Source: Atractiella rhizophila (Eukaryota). Taken from it: 53,455 nucleotides of DNA. The translations under genes were made by a program, and so were the position numbers. Below the pieces are notes generated by a model. The model was not told the DNA's origin and did no database searches. It worked only from the letters and a program-made list of their open reading frames with translations. The DNA is taken from assembly GCA_021432655.1 (NCBI GenBank), contig MU271249.1, positions 53,644 through 107,098 on the forward strand. Reading direction: 5' to 3'. Shown one piece after another: positions 13,379 through 25,281 of the stretch (the stretch's first letter is position 1; each line of letters opens with the position of its first letter).

Positions 13379-15825
13379 ATGAGCTCAATGTCAGCTCACG
13401 ACGACGTCTATGAGTTACTTTTTCAAGTAGTGCATGTCGGTGATGAAAATCACTTTGTTGGAAAAACGTCAGTGATCGAATTTCCTGCCAACAAAACAGT
13501 GGCAGCGTTAGAGAAGGCCATTCGTCAGGAGTTTCCTCAAAATCTCAGCACCAACGAATTTGATTTATGGATGATGGACCCAATGCTAGCCATCGAGGAG
13601 GAAGAGGTTGTGAAAACGATCCGGTTCCCCTCTGAAAGATTGAAAAAACTCCACCCCGCATTTCGGTTATCGAAATACTGGCAAGAAGCCCCTGGAGATG
13701 GACATCTACATTTGTTGGTCCAGCTGCGAGACCCACCGCTCGTATTACAACATCCAACATCTAGTAAGTAACCTGCGGTCATTTCATCCCTCTCTGATTT
13801 GTGTGTTTAGTCTGGCAGGCTCACGGCATTCTCGATGACTATCAATTTCTTGCGCGCATCATGACAATCAAGGCGGGATCATTCGAGCCTCATGCCCTTC
13901 TAGAAGCAAACAACATCCTCCCGGTCCAAGAATCCCGAGACCGTGAGATCGAGAATGCTTTCGGCCGAGTGAAGAACACGTTAGGGCAACTATTTCAGCT
14001 CCCTGGAATGCCTGATGCTGTTACTCGCGCAATTGGAGCATCGCTTCAGAGCTTTTTTTTTCGACAGGGGCCTGCGACTCAGGGTCGAATAGCAACAGCG
14101 GCGGAGCTTCGTCATTATCATGAGGTTGCCGCAGCTCATCCCTTTTTTGGGAGATTTTCGGACAACAAGGAACCATATTTCAACTGGACCTATATGATGC
14201 CTGTGGCGAGAGAACTCTCCCGCCGCCGATATGGATCGGACCAAATCTCCGACTTCATCGCGTACGCCTCTCGCTTTTGGTTGATTTCTACTGATATAGC
14301 CGATGGTTCAGTAATAGAAAGTGGTCAATTCATCTTTATCCTTATACTGCTCAAACTCCAGCCACTTCTGAATCGCCAGCCGTCCCTATGAGACAGTACA
14401 AGTATCAACCTCGCAGCGACTTTCAAATTCAACGGCATGGCATCCCGCAAGTCCTCGTCGAAGTGCAATCAAAAGCGTCGGGAGAAGATCGTTGTCGGAT
14501 GTTGCTGCAAGCTGGAGCTCTCGTCAGGGTGGTGAATCACGCGATGAGAAGCGATGCCTCGAATCCTTATATTCTTATCGCGTACTATATCACAAACGCA
14601 TTGGAGGCCGAACAATACTTATTGTGCATTGGTACAGACTCCGTGCGTAGATTTGCGACTTGTCTCCAGGTGTCACCTGTCGATTCTGTTATTCGTAGAA
14701 AACGGTGAAGTACTCTGAATACCGCTTCGATCTCCGCGTGCGTGAAGAAGCGTTCAAGTTTCTGCTTGAGTTATACAACTGCTCAGATGTGATCGATTCG
14801 AACAACAGTTGGATCAATGAAAAGGCGAGCAAAATCAAAGACAGCTTAAACACTTTCGGTCAGCTCCCGTCATTCACCAGCACGTCGAATAAGAAACGCA
14901 AAACCGCTCATGAAAGCGACGGAAACGACGACGACGGAAACGATGGCGGACTTCTTGCTGTTCCACAAGTGCAATCTTATCTGACTAAATTGGGATATCG
15001 GCTGGAGTCACCAGAATCTAGGAGTTCTTGGATTCCATGGGAAGACGTGTGTATTTTACACTCTTGGTTCGCCCTGTTGATCGCCTGACACCAGGTCTCG
15101 ACTTCGTCCGTGGTGGCAGCCTCCGCATCCGACGGCACCCCTGTGATCATTAAACGAGCATGTAGCCCTAAAGAAGCTCAGATTCATCAGTTTCTGGCAG
15201 GCATATCTGACGTTAAAAATCACACGATGAACATTCGCGAAGTTTTGGGATTCCAGGACTACACGTTGGTTGTTCTCCCTCATGGGACTCCTCTACCGTC
15301 CTTGAGTCTGAATACTTCTCTTGCGATATCTTTGGCGGACCAACTTGTTGATGGCGTGGGATTCATGCACAGTCATGGTTTTGTTCACCTCGATCTCAAA
15401 CCCAACAACCTCGTCGTCGTCTCTAACGTCCTTAAAATAATTGATTTTGGGTTGTCTCGCAAAGCTGGCGACGAGACCATCTTGAAAGGATATCGAGGAA
15501 CTCGATCATGGGTCGCCCCTGAACTTGGAACAGAAGACGGACCGCAGCGAGTATTCCATCCGATCCCCGCTGATCTATGGGCTGTTGGCCTCATTATTTC
15601 TCGTTTCTTTGGTTCGTTCCTCCCACCCTGTCACTATCTTTGCTTCTTGCTCCTGAGTTGATGTCAATGAATCCTCAATCGCGGCCACGGCTGGACAAAT
15701 TGGATCGAAGGCCAAAGAAAAGAGTTTTGGAATCTGAATTTGGTTGGAGTAATTTGGGGAGTGAAAATGAAGGAATTGAAAGTGAGAGTCTGATACGTAA
15801 AAGGAGACATCTCATTGCTTGTTAA
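13379..15825 (+). CDS. Crinkler (CRN)-like effector: Ubl-like header + PD-(D/E)xK-like nuclease + protein kinase (frameshift near the 3' end)
   Basis: Header KTVAALEKAIRQE...FDLWMM...LHPAFRLSKYWQEAPGDGHLHLLVQL (HVLV-type motif). Middle YQPRSDFQIQRHGIPQVLVEVQS...DRCRMLLQA. Kinase IIKRA, HLDLKPNN, IIDFG, GTRSWVAPE, DLWAVG, with subdomain XI (MNPQSRP) in a shifted frame after about 15645. Intron 13764-13810 joins the header to the body. Confidence 0.8.
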
Positions 15826-18809
15826 ATGAATGTTTCACGAGTTTGGGGAACAAAGCGAGGGGGAACACAGCGAGAGTTGCACATACGAATACCTCCAATC
15901 TTGCAATAGACTACGGGATGAGCAACGGGGCAGCAGCGTGAGCAATCGTTCTCTTATGGGCTAAAGCGCAGATATTGGGTCCACATACATGGATTACAAG
16001 AGATTGTTTTGTTCGCCAGTATCGGCTTGCTACACCTTTCTTTGAGGTCTCGAGGAGAAGGAGAGAGATGCTTCGAAGCGCCGTCCCACGAACAATCCGC
16101 CGCCAACAATTCCTCCTTTTTGTACCCTACAGATACCTCTAAGCATCCAAATTCGATGTCTTTTTGCGCTCAGACTGTCAGCGGGAACTTTACCCCCAAC
16201 TGCAAGGAAGGGGTTCTACAATGAGCAAAGTCACTTCAACATCATCACAGTGAAGGTTAGCTCCGTTTGTGACCGAATGAGGAGACTTTTCTCGACCACC
16301 AACGACTTGCGGAGATGCTCAAACAACAGTTGCCCGTCGGAAACTTAGAAAAAAGAAGACGTGTCCAGAAGATGTTGACGAATGTTAATAGAGCAGAGAA
16401 AAGGTGTTACAGATGTGTAAAATGTTAGTAATACTTTCTTCCTGAACATTCTGGAAGTTTCTATTTGCCACAAGCCCTCATGTATATAAACACCTGTTCT
16501 TGTGTTTCTGCTGCTCATGCATTTGCAAGAGCTCAGCCAAACGTAATACATTTGTTTGAGGTTAACAAAGCAGCAGAGAAAAACAACAAAAGGTTAGGAT
16601 TAGGATTCAAGTATTGAGGTCAACAACTTAAGCTCTTTCGATTCATTACAGAAGAGTAGGTGTCTCTCTGAGAACGGGCCACGAGTCTCGTTACTAGACC
16701 ACCCCTCCTTATCATCCTCCTTCAGTTCCAATCTTGATGCAGCGTCTCCGCCTCCTTGAATCTTTGTGCTGTAATGTAGGGGTGAGGAGCTTAAAAACTA
16801 GCGATAATAAATTGATTCCAATTCGTTGGTGATCCCCATATCCGCTCATCTTCACGAGGGGGACCTATTTTGGAGAGCTGGAAGGGTAGGCTTTCTGTCA
16901 TTTGCCCGACGGCGATCACATGCTCGGCTTCGGACTGTCCTCCGTCTAACTGGCCTGCTTCCCTCTCGTTGGGATCGCTAAACGAGATTAAAGGAGGAGC
17001 CTGAGGAGTGAAGATGATCGGCGATTGTTTTGCGGGACGTTGACTATAGGCGGTGTCCATTGGCCAACTGGAACCCAGAAAGAAGTGGTTCAGCTGGTGA
17101 CATATTTCATTGTCCACTCAGGAAATACATAGAAGGAAGGCCTGGCAAGAGAGAGGCAACGTCCGAACCGTCGCTCGTTTCCACCCGTTCAGTAAATGAA
17201 ATCTTGCCCCTTTTCCCGGTTTGGGATAAGGGTTTTGTCGAACGTGGGGCTGATAGGTTCCTTGGCCAAAAGGCCAGGAGATGATCCTAAACGTGCTGAC
17301 AAGTCACTGTTAGACACTGTGCCGTGTGGTGTTGAGTCAGAAGACATCTTGAGAAGGTCAGTGGCTGCCTCGGAAAGTAAACAAGAGTTTTTTTTTTTGC
17401 GCTGTAGCTGCACATGATTCTACAAGGTGCCTGCTAGTCATTTATCTGCAAATAAATCAGAAGCAATCTCTTAAAAATTGTTATGAAAAGCGGAATGGAC
17501 AGCCGGTTTGGCTTGATCCCAGAAATATTCGAGAGCATCGCCTTTCCTAAACCTACAAAAAGAACGAACACTTTTTCCGCCAAATCACGGTCTAGGACCT
17601 TTGATTCTGCTCTTGAAAGCAGCATCTCGACCGCACTTCAGTCTTACCTTATGTCCGTTATGGGAACTGAATATGAAAGTGAAGACGTTGCTAGGATACA
17701 TTCTCAATCAGAGAAGTCGCGCAAAATGCATCTTGCACACGGAACAGTGGTTCGCTCATTGGAAAATGAAAGTTGGTAATGTAAATGCTGTCCGGCGAGC
17801 ACGTCACTTCGTTGTACGTCATGCGATCTATTGTCTCCCATAGCTTGGCTGATTTATGGAAAGTATGAATATGGCAGGAGGGAAGGATATGCAGAGGCAA
17901 TAATATACATAAGATTTCCCGCCAATCTAGCGGTTTCCAGCGCAACACATATTGTTGTCAGCCGGCGTATTTCTGTTACTCAAACTCTCCTGGGAGAGAC
18001 TCTTTTGGGAAGGTGGGACAAAGCAGGCCAGCACAGTCAAACACTTGATTGGCATCTTCCAACCGGCCACCTCTTCGTCCAAAGTCTATGTTCTGAAGAA
18101 GAATCCTTGGACCCACATTGTAGACAGCCGCTTGGAGGAGGATACAGAGTAATATAATATTATCTTAAAGACAGCAAGATCTGAGATACAGAATCTATTT
18201 GATATGCACCGTGCAGCCTCTGTTTGAAATCCAACACCAAAGACTGATATACCGACCAAAAGCTCACTCATCAATGAAAGCCATGCAACAACTACAATCA
18301 TTCAATCCCTCTCCGTCACTCTCCATTCCATTACAAATACGGTGCGAAAAACAGATCCCAGTTGTCGGCGAACGGGAGGAAGGTGGAGGGGGAGAGGCGT
18401 TGTCGGAAGTAGTGAAGGGAACCCACCTGTGAAAGACAATATCTATCAGTTTACACAAGTACACATATGTGACAGTGGGACCATACATTCCAACTTCTTA
18501 ATGCCTACTGCTGGTACTTGTATGCTGGAACAAGCAGTACATAAAACAACGAAGTAGTCTTCGTCTGTTGTTGCAACAACATGCAAGTTATTCAGTTCCT
18601 TGTTTTTTGGTGTGCTTGCTGGACAAATCTACAATGTCCACTATATTGTGTTCTGAGTTCCAGGTCGACATTGTGTTCTGAGTTTCTGAGTTCCAGCATG
18701 TTGTATTGTGTCTCTTGGCATGACACCTTGATTCCGATGGCCATCAGGATAGATCTCCGCTCAAATATGGCAACACCTTCCTATTCTGCAGCAGCTATTG
18801 CCTAATTTG

Positions 18810-19477
18810 TAGGGCTTTGCACCGTCACCGTCAAGACGGGTGATGGGTCCGGGACGGACGGCATTTTTGGCCACCCGTCCCGTCACCGTCACAACTTTGA
18901 TTTTTTGGTGACGGACGGTATAAACGGACTGGTGCTACCCATCTGTCAGCCCTCTTGCGCTTCCATGACGGGTCAGACGGGGAACAACGGGTGTTATATA
19001 TGAAATTTAAGTCCTAAACCTGTTTTTACTGGTCTTTTGCTTGTTTTGCTGCAGGCTTTTCGTAATTTCATATTTTCTTGTATGCAGCAGAGCAAACATT
19101 CCTTTGCATGGCCCGAAACGGACAGAAAGGGACTTCCAGGTCAGTACAAACCTAACCTTATGTTGGCCGGCTGCCTGTGGGCCATAGTCGGCGCAACCAA
19201 ATCACCTTTCCACCCAGCCAAACAGGCCTAGGCTTGCCTGCATTAGTAGTTAACGGCTAGAACATGGCATGAATGACATATTCCGGTGGTGCCGGACAGA
19301 ATAAAAGAACATTTTGTTGAACACCCGTGTTCACCGGCAAACCCGTCCGTCTGCACCCTTTTTCTTGCCATCACCATCCCGTCACCGTCAGAAAGTCCCC
19401 GTGTTCAGTGACGGTGCGGGTGACGGGACGGCCGTCTCAGGCACAAAAATCGACGGATGGGACGGTGCAAAGCCCTA
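18810..19477. mobile_element. hAT-type MITE, 668 bp
   Basis: Perfect TIR TAGGGCTTTGCACCGTC / GACGGTGCAAAGCCCTA. Perfect 8-bp TSD CTAATTTG at 18802-18809 and 19478-19485. Many subterminal CCGTC/GACGG motifs. Confidence 0.95.
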
Positions 19478-20596
19478 CTAATTTGGAAGTCCCATCGACC
19501 ACTTGATATCTCACAACTCCCCCGTCTCTCTACACCTCTCCTGTCGGCTCCAAGCGCATACAATCGACCAGGAGAAGAGGGAAAGATAACCGCATAATAT
19601 CTTAGTGTTATCCAGAAGCTGGAAGGCGAGATCCGTCAATTCCCTGGTGAGACTTATTTGATTCCCTTCAGCCTCCTCTACGTTCCATGCTTTCAATCAT
19701 TCCATATTTCTATCTACTTATGTATTACGGGTTTTCTTGTGATGTTGTTTGATCTTTTATCCCATTCATTGGCCTATAAAAGAGGCCTCACTTGTCAATG
19801 TAAAATCATCTTATTCCTCATCATCTTACTTCGCACTCACAGCAGAAAGCGCGGTAAGAATCGAGGTAACTTTCCCAGGCTGTAGAAGCGCCATTGTAAG
19901 ATTCATTCTCTTCGTTCTGAGACCAGATAGCTTGATAAGCGGCCCTACACTTCAGTGTGGCTAGCATAAGCTGGTTCCTGTCTCTCCTTTTGTTTAAGCT
20001 CTCATTTATTGATTGAGCCTCTTAGTTCTCGCTCTAGTCGAGCTAAAGGAACTCGCTTTTTGCAGTAGGGTCTTACAAGATGCTTCATACTCAAACAACA
20101 ATCAGTTGTGAAATCAAGATGGCACCATCATCGCCGGATGCCCAGATGTTCACACCTAAGCTTTATGGAGAAGTCGTTCGTCCCATTGTCTTCTCTGTTT
20201 CCTCTCGTTCTGTCTGCAGGGCATCGGACTCTCTCAGGTCTGTGCCCTCCTGTGGAACTGCACAACTTTCTTACAAGCATGACAGTTTCATCACTGTTTT
20301 ATTATGCTCCAGTCGGTATGCTGGACCATGTTTCGTACTGAGGAGGCAAATTGTACCAAAATGATTTGGAACAGTCACGAAAGATGATTGCTCTTGAGCT
20401 CTCAGCTCCTCTTTGTCAACGTGGCTGCCCTCATTTCAAAGAGGTGAACCTCAAATATTGACTATGACTGAATATGTGTGACAAACCTTATATGGTCCGA
20501 ACTGTTTATTTGTGGTGCTGTCTTGCACACACTGTTGGATTTCATAGCATATGGCTTTCTTCCCTTCTGTCTCCTGCACCGAATAATCCACCCGTT

Positions 20597-20641
20597 GTAG
20601 GGTTCAAGGGGCCTTGCCCCGATTGGGTTGGGGGCCTGAGG
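20597..20641 (+). repeat. Fragment D of the dispersed repeat family (hairpin core only)
   Basis: gtagggttcaaggggccttgccccgattgggttgggggcctgagg matches about 3354-3403. Confidence 0.7.
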
Positions 20642-23600
20642 CTTGTTTTCTGTTGAAAGACGAAGCTGCTGCTTACCGGACATGTGAAAATGATTCTGAT
20701 GTGCACGCTGAATTAAGAGAAACATTGACGCAAGTGAATGCACCTCGCAAGCTCAAAAACTGAACTGCCTACAACGCTTGCCGACCTGATGCACTGATCC
20801 TTGCTTGAAGAAAGAGAAAAAGGTTGGTGGAGCTTCATCACTAAGTAGTGTATCTATTACGCATCCCTGGCAGTCCGTATCCATACTAGATACCCAAAGT
20901 AAAGCAAGAACCATGTCTTGAGGACCATCTGTAATATCTGCTAGGGTCGCATTCCATAAACAGGTAATGAAGAGCGTACGTTTCTGCCAATGAAGAAGAG
21001 GAGACTGATCTGATGTTTGTAGTCCAGGTTTTTATTGCTCGGCACAAGAGTAAAGGTGAAGCAAATAACCACTGACGAAGCACACAATCCCGAAGATTCA
21101 AAGCACCGTTTGCCGTTTCAGCAAGTTCCTTCCCCACGGAAGAGCAGGATCGCCAGGTGGCATTCTCTCCTCACTCAATCGCTGATTATCATCATCATGT
21201 TCCCAACCGTATGGCCAAAATAACGTCAGAGTAGAATTGTGGGGTTTGAGCGGATTGCCTGGGAAGATAACTTCACACCCCAAGCTCTGGATTGGGAGTG
21301 GGCAGGGGGTGGTACGCCTATCCTTCTCTCTGCCCTTTCCCTCAGTTCCTGCATCCCCCTCGATGTGAAGGAGCGTAGTGCTGTCTGGATGACTGCCTCA
21401 CAAATGGAGAGGTCAAGGTTGAAGAAGGATATAAAGAAAACGATCTTTATGATGAATGGTTTCTATGACCTACTAGCTAACTCTCTTGTCAACCCACTTT
21501 CTCAACAGTCGACACGCAGGTGCAGTTATGTAACAGGAGGTCGAAATGGTGTAGTAGCATGCGGCAGAGGTTGAGCGCTTTCATGGAAGTAGCTGGTCAC
21601 TACTTATTTCCTACGCAACGTTCAAGTCAGGAGATGAGAGTCGTCGCTCGATATCACCTGATGGTTCCCCGATCTGTCGCCTTGATCGTAGAGTTCTTCG
21701 CTGCAAATCCTCTGCTTTTGGGGGCTGCACATCAGCGCGCGAAATTTATTCATTACTCTATTCTAGACAGCTGCCATTTCCATTGATCACAAACTGCTGG
21801 TCTCAGTCTTTGATATGTAGATGAGGCGTTCGTCAACTCCCACTATTCTTATTGACTTCATCATCTGTTTCTCTTCTCGTTTCTTCTTACTCTCAGTTTA
21901 GGTCGTCGCATCTCTATTACAAGAATGCTGTTTCAGATACTTGACATAGTGAAATAACTAAGGGTCGTTTCATGCAGCACACTTAATGTATTATTGTTAA
22001 CAACGAACAAAACTCGGGTTCTAGAATCCCATGAGGACGCTGCATACTCCAGTGGATGATCTGAGGTATGAGGGGTACACAGGAGCATGACAAGCTGCTG
22101 CGATAAGACAGTCTCAGAACACATATGGTGCTTAGGGAGAGGGGCAGTGGTGTAGCGCTGTGCCGATAGACAAACCCCTTTGCTCATGCCTCGGCTTTCT
22201 TATTTTCTGCTCCATACCTCAGCCAACACTCCTATCAAGAGGGAGAGGGGAAGGAGCAGATTTACCTCGCAGAATATCGGCAGTGCGACGAACAACGTCG
22301 TCCACAGGGAGATGCTCTGTATTCCTGGGATCAAGCAAAAATTGTTCGAACTGATCCCAAGTAAAAAAGTGCTCTCGGCCCTCGATATCAACATAAATCC
22401 CCCGTTCGTCAACACGCAGATTGCGTGCAACTGGAGTATCGCGGGCAGGGGGATGGTTGTTGCTGACGTCGATGTCAGGTCCAGACTCGGGTAAGGAGCT
22501 GCTGGCGGTCACGTCGCGAGCGTTAGAAACTGATGTGGAGGCAGCCGTAGCAGTGATCGGATTTCCAACGCTCGCGTCTCCCAAATTATTTGTTCGGATT
22601 TGCTTCTTCACTCTGGGCGCGATTTCTTTGACTGTTTCTTTGACTTTAACGTACGGTAGGACCTGCGGTCTCGTCAGTGTGCTCGAGCGGAATGGAAGAG
22701 GAAAACACACCAAGCTGTAATATATGGTTCGTCTCAATGGTTGGTGGACTCGCTCGAAGTACCAAGATATGATGACATCTAGCATCTTTTCCTGTTCTCT
22801 TGCTAGGCGCGATATTGTGATATCGAGAAGTTTGTTCAGAAGGTTTCCCGTAATGGTGCAAGAATTGTGAGCAGGTTTTATGCCGGGATTTACTGGAGCG
22901 AAGACGTCCAGGACGTCTCACTCTCCTCGGCACGAACAAACATACGAAATTCGGAACCGGCAATGGGTTCCACTCGTTGTGGACGTCTTGGACGTTAAGG
23001 AAACCGTCTCTCCATTCGTCGTTTTCGTTCCTTATAAACGTACAGTGACTAGTGGTTCTTACGGATCTCGGCATGAATTTTATCGGCCGCCTTCGAATAG
23101 AACTTTTTGTGCAGCAAACCATGCTCGTCAGGTTTCCAAGCCTTTCAAATGCTTTTGCTTTTCACAGTCAGTCGACCCGCAGGCACGCTTCTGTCCACTG
23201 GTGGACCTTCTCTTGTTTCTCTTAGGTTCTCAGAGAGTTGCAAATTCTAAGTTACGTTTTTCTGTTTCAAGGAGAGCTGCACTGCAATGAAATCATTGTG
23301 AAAGGAGCGGCCGACAATGGAGACGCCGAAATCCGCATTGAGACAAAGTAGAACCCGAAATCCACAGAAGTGAAAGTTAATCCAGTTCCGTTCTGGGACG
23401 TGAAGAAGCGAGAAGGGTTCCTTAAATTGTTTCCACCATTAACACCTTCTGCTAAGCACGGCCGCGTCTTCAAGTGAGACATCAGAAAACAGTGCCACCA
23501 TCCGTCGCGCACCTTGTCCTTATCTCTATAACGTTTTTGAGCTTCAACATGTTATGCTGGCCCTCTGACAGATCCGATAGGTCGTTAGTGATCACCACTC

Positions 23601-23883
23601 AAGTTGAGCGGCCGACACATCACGTCCACGTCCCTACAGACATGATCGACGGCCGATGAAGTCGAGACCGAAATCTGCCTTGCAGGAAAATCAGAATCAG
23701 AGGATGAAGCGACCGACAAAAAGGAAGCCGAAATCCGCGCTGTCAGTATCCAGTGAAGTGCTTTAACTATAAAAGAGCGTAGGACCCTTCTGTGAGTGGG
23801 CAGAAATATAAAGCATCTTTGGAAGGATTCTTGATGCCCCGCTGGACTGTCATCGCCTGAATTCCTTCTTGAGATCTTCCCCC

Positions 23884-25281
23884 ATGCTCCCAACATGGAA
23901 GGGGACGGTCAGCACCTTCGAGGACGCATGGACACTCATCCTCGCAGTTCGAAAAGGGTTGCTGCCGGAAGTCACGAGGAAGCTGAACAAGAAGCAGAAG
24001 GCGGAATTGATATGCCCTGGCAATGTTTTCGTTTTCGAGGAGGGAAGGAGCGGAGTAGTGCGTTGGAACGACCATCTCAAGGTACGCAATTTTTCGTGAT
24101 TGTCGCAGCTCGCCGCAGTCGCACGAATATTCAATAATGAGTAATTGTTGTCCGGAGTAGTGATACGGAGCTAGATATTCTGGTTGTTTCATTCTCTACG
24201 ACGAACGACCGGACGACACTTCCAATACCCAGGGAACGCTGACGAGGAAGACTGTGTCTGTCGCCTGTGCGGGAACGAACGAGAGATATCACGTTATTGC
24301 TTATTTGGATGGAGAAGAGAAGCGCCGCGTGACTATGGATGACCATCTTCGAGGATTAGTCGTAAATGTTGCAGACTTTAGTCACTCGAGGGTCGCGAAG
24401 CGGATGAAGGAAGAACCAGAGGACGACGTGGATGGCCTGCCAACGATCAAATCGCCGCCCAAGCCCAGGCAGATCACAGGTTCAGTTGCAGTCATCCGTG
24501 CCCCTCCAGCTCCTCATCAATCGGAGACTCCTCCCAACTCAATCCCAACCCCTCTATACCAACAAGAAAAGCTGAAGCAGATTCCCTCTCTCCCCCAATC
24601 GACAGACGCACCGCAGGATGCTCCTCTTCCCACCCCTCCACTTTTTTCACACCTCCCTCCTCCTTTATCAGAACCGTGGCCGTCTCTCCACCGACCAGAC
24701 CCTACGCTGGTCCGAACACTGCTCGTTCCCTCCTGTCCCCTACCTCGTTTAGAAAGCGAAGATTCCCTCGCATCTGGGGATGGGGAGTGTGAGGCTCTTG
24801 CATCATCGAGGCCGAAGAAGCGACGAAGGGCGTCGAACGTAATATGGTGGGCGGTGGAGCAGAGATGACGGAGACATTGGTAGAGAAGGAGGAGGAAGCG
24901 AGGGAGAGGAAGAGGAAGAATACACTCGCAGCGAGGAAGTGCACGGCACCACGAAAGGTGTCCTATACTGAGAGTCTTGAGAAGAGGCTGGCGGAAGCGA
25001 CTTCGTTGCCGGGAGCGAGCGAAAAGGAGCGTGAGACGTCGAAGACGGAGAACGAACGACTGGGGTTAGCGGAGAGCGTGAAGGAGGTTGAAAAATGGAG
25101 GGAGAGGTGTCTGCGTCTCGAGGTAGAAATGAAGGCGCTGAAGGAAAGAGAAATTCAGGATAGGATGGGGAAGAAGCAGGCGTTGGAGCGAGTGGAATCT
25201 ATCGGGAGGGACTTGAGCATCTGGCTGATCGAGGATGGATGCTGCCTAAAACCCCAACTTCTCTTCTCTTCTCCATTTTAA
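23884..25281 (+). pseudogene. Gti1/Pac2 (WOPR) transcription factor followed by a bZIP segment; disabled
   Basis: WOPRa PTWKGTVSTFEDAWTLILAVRKGLLPEVTRK...PGNVFVFEEGRSGVVRWND. After intron 24082-24160, TGA 24161-24163 sits where the conserved Trp is expected, followed by YGARYSGCFILYDE. WOPRb LTRKTVSV...YHVIAY and a Pro-rich linker follow. After a frame change near 24840 comes ERKRKNTLAARK...LEKRL...ENERL (basic region + coiled coil). Confidence 0.75.

Noticed and set aside
16000..18500. Short ORFs that might form a gene (e.g. 17483-17779, 17952-18152)
   Set aside because: No recognisable domain and no consistent exon chain could be built.
19500..23760. Scattered ORFs, including 22219-22785 and 22646-23122 on the minus strand
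   Set aside because: No motif support. They may be hypothetical genes or relics but cannot be supported from the sequence alone.
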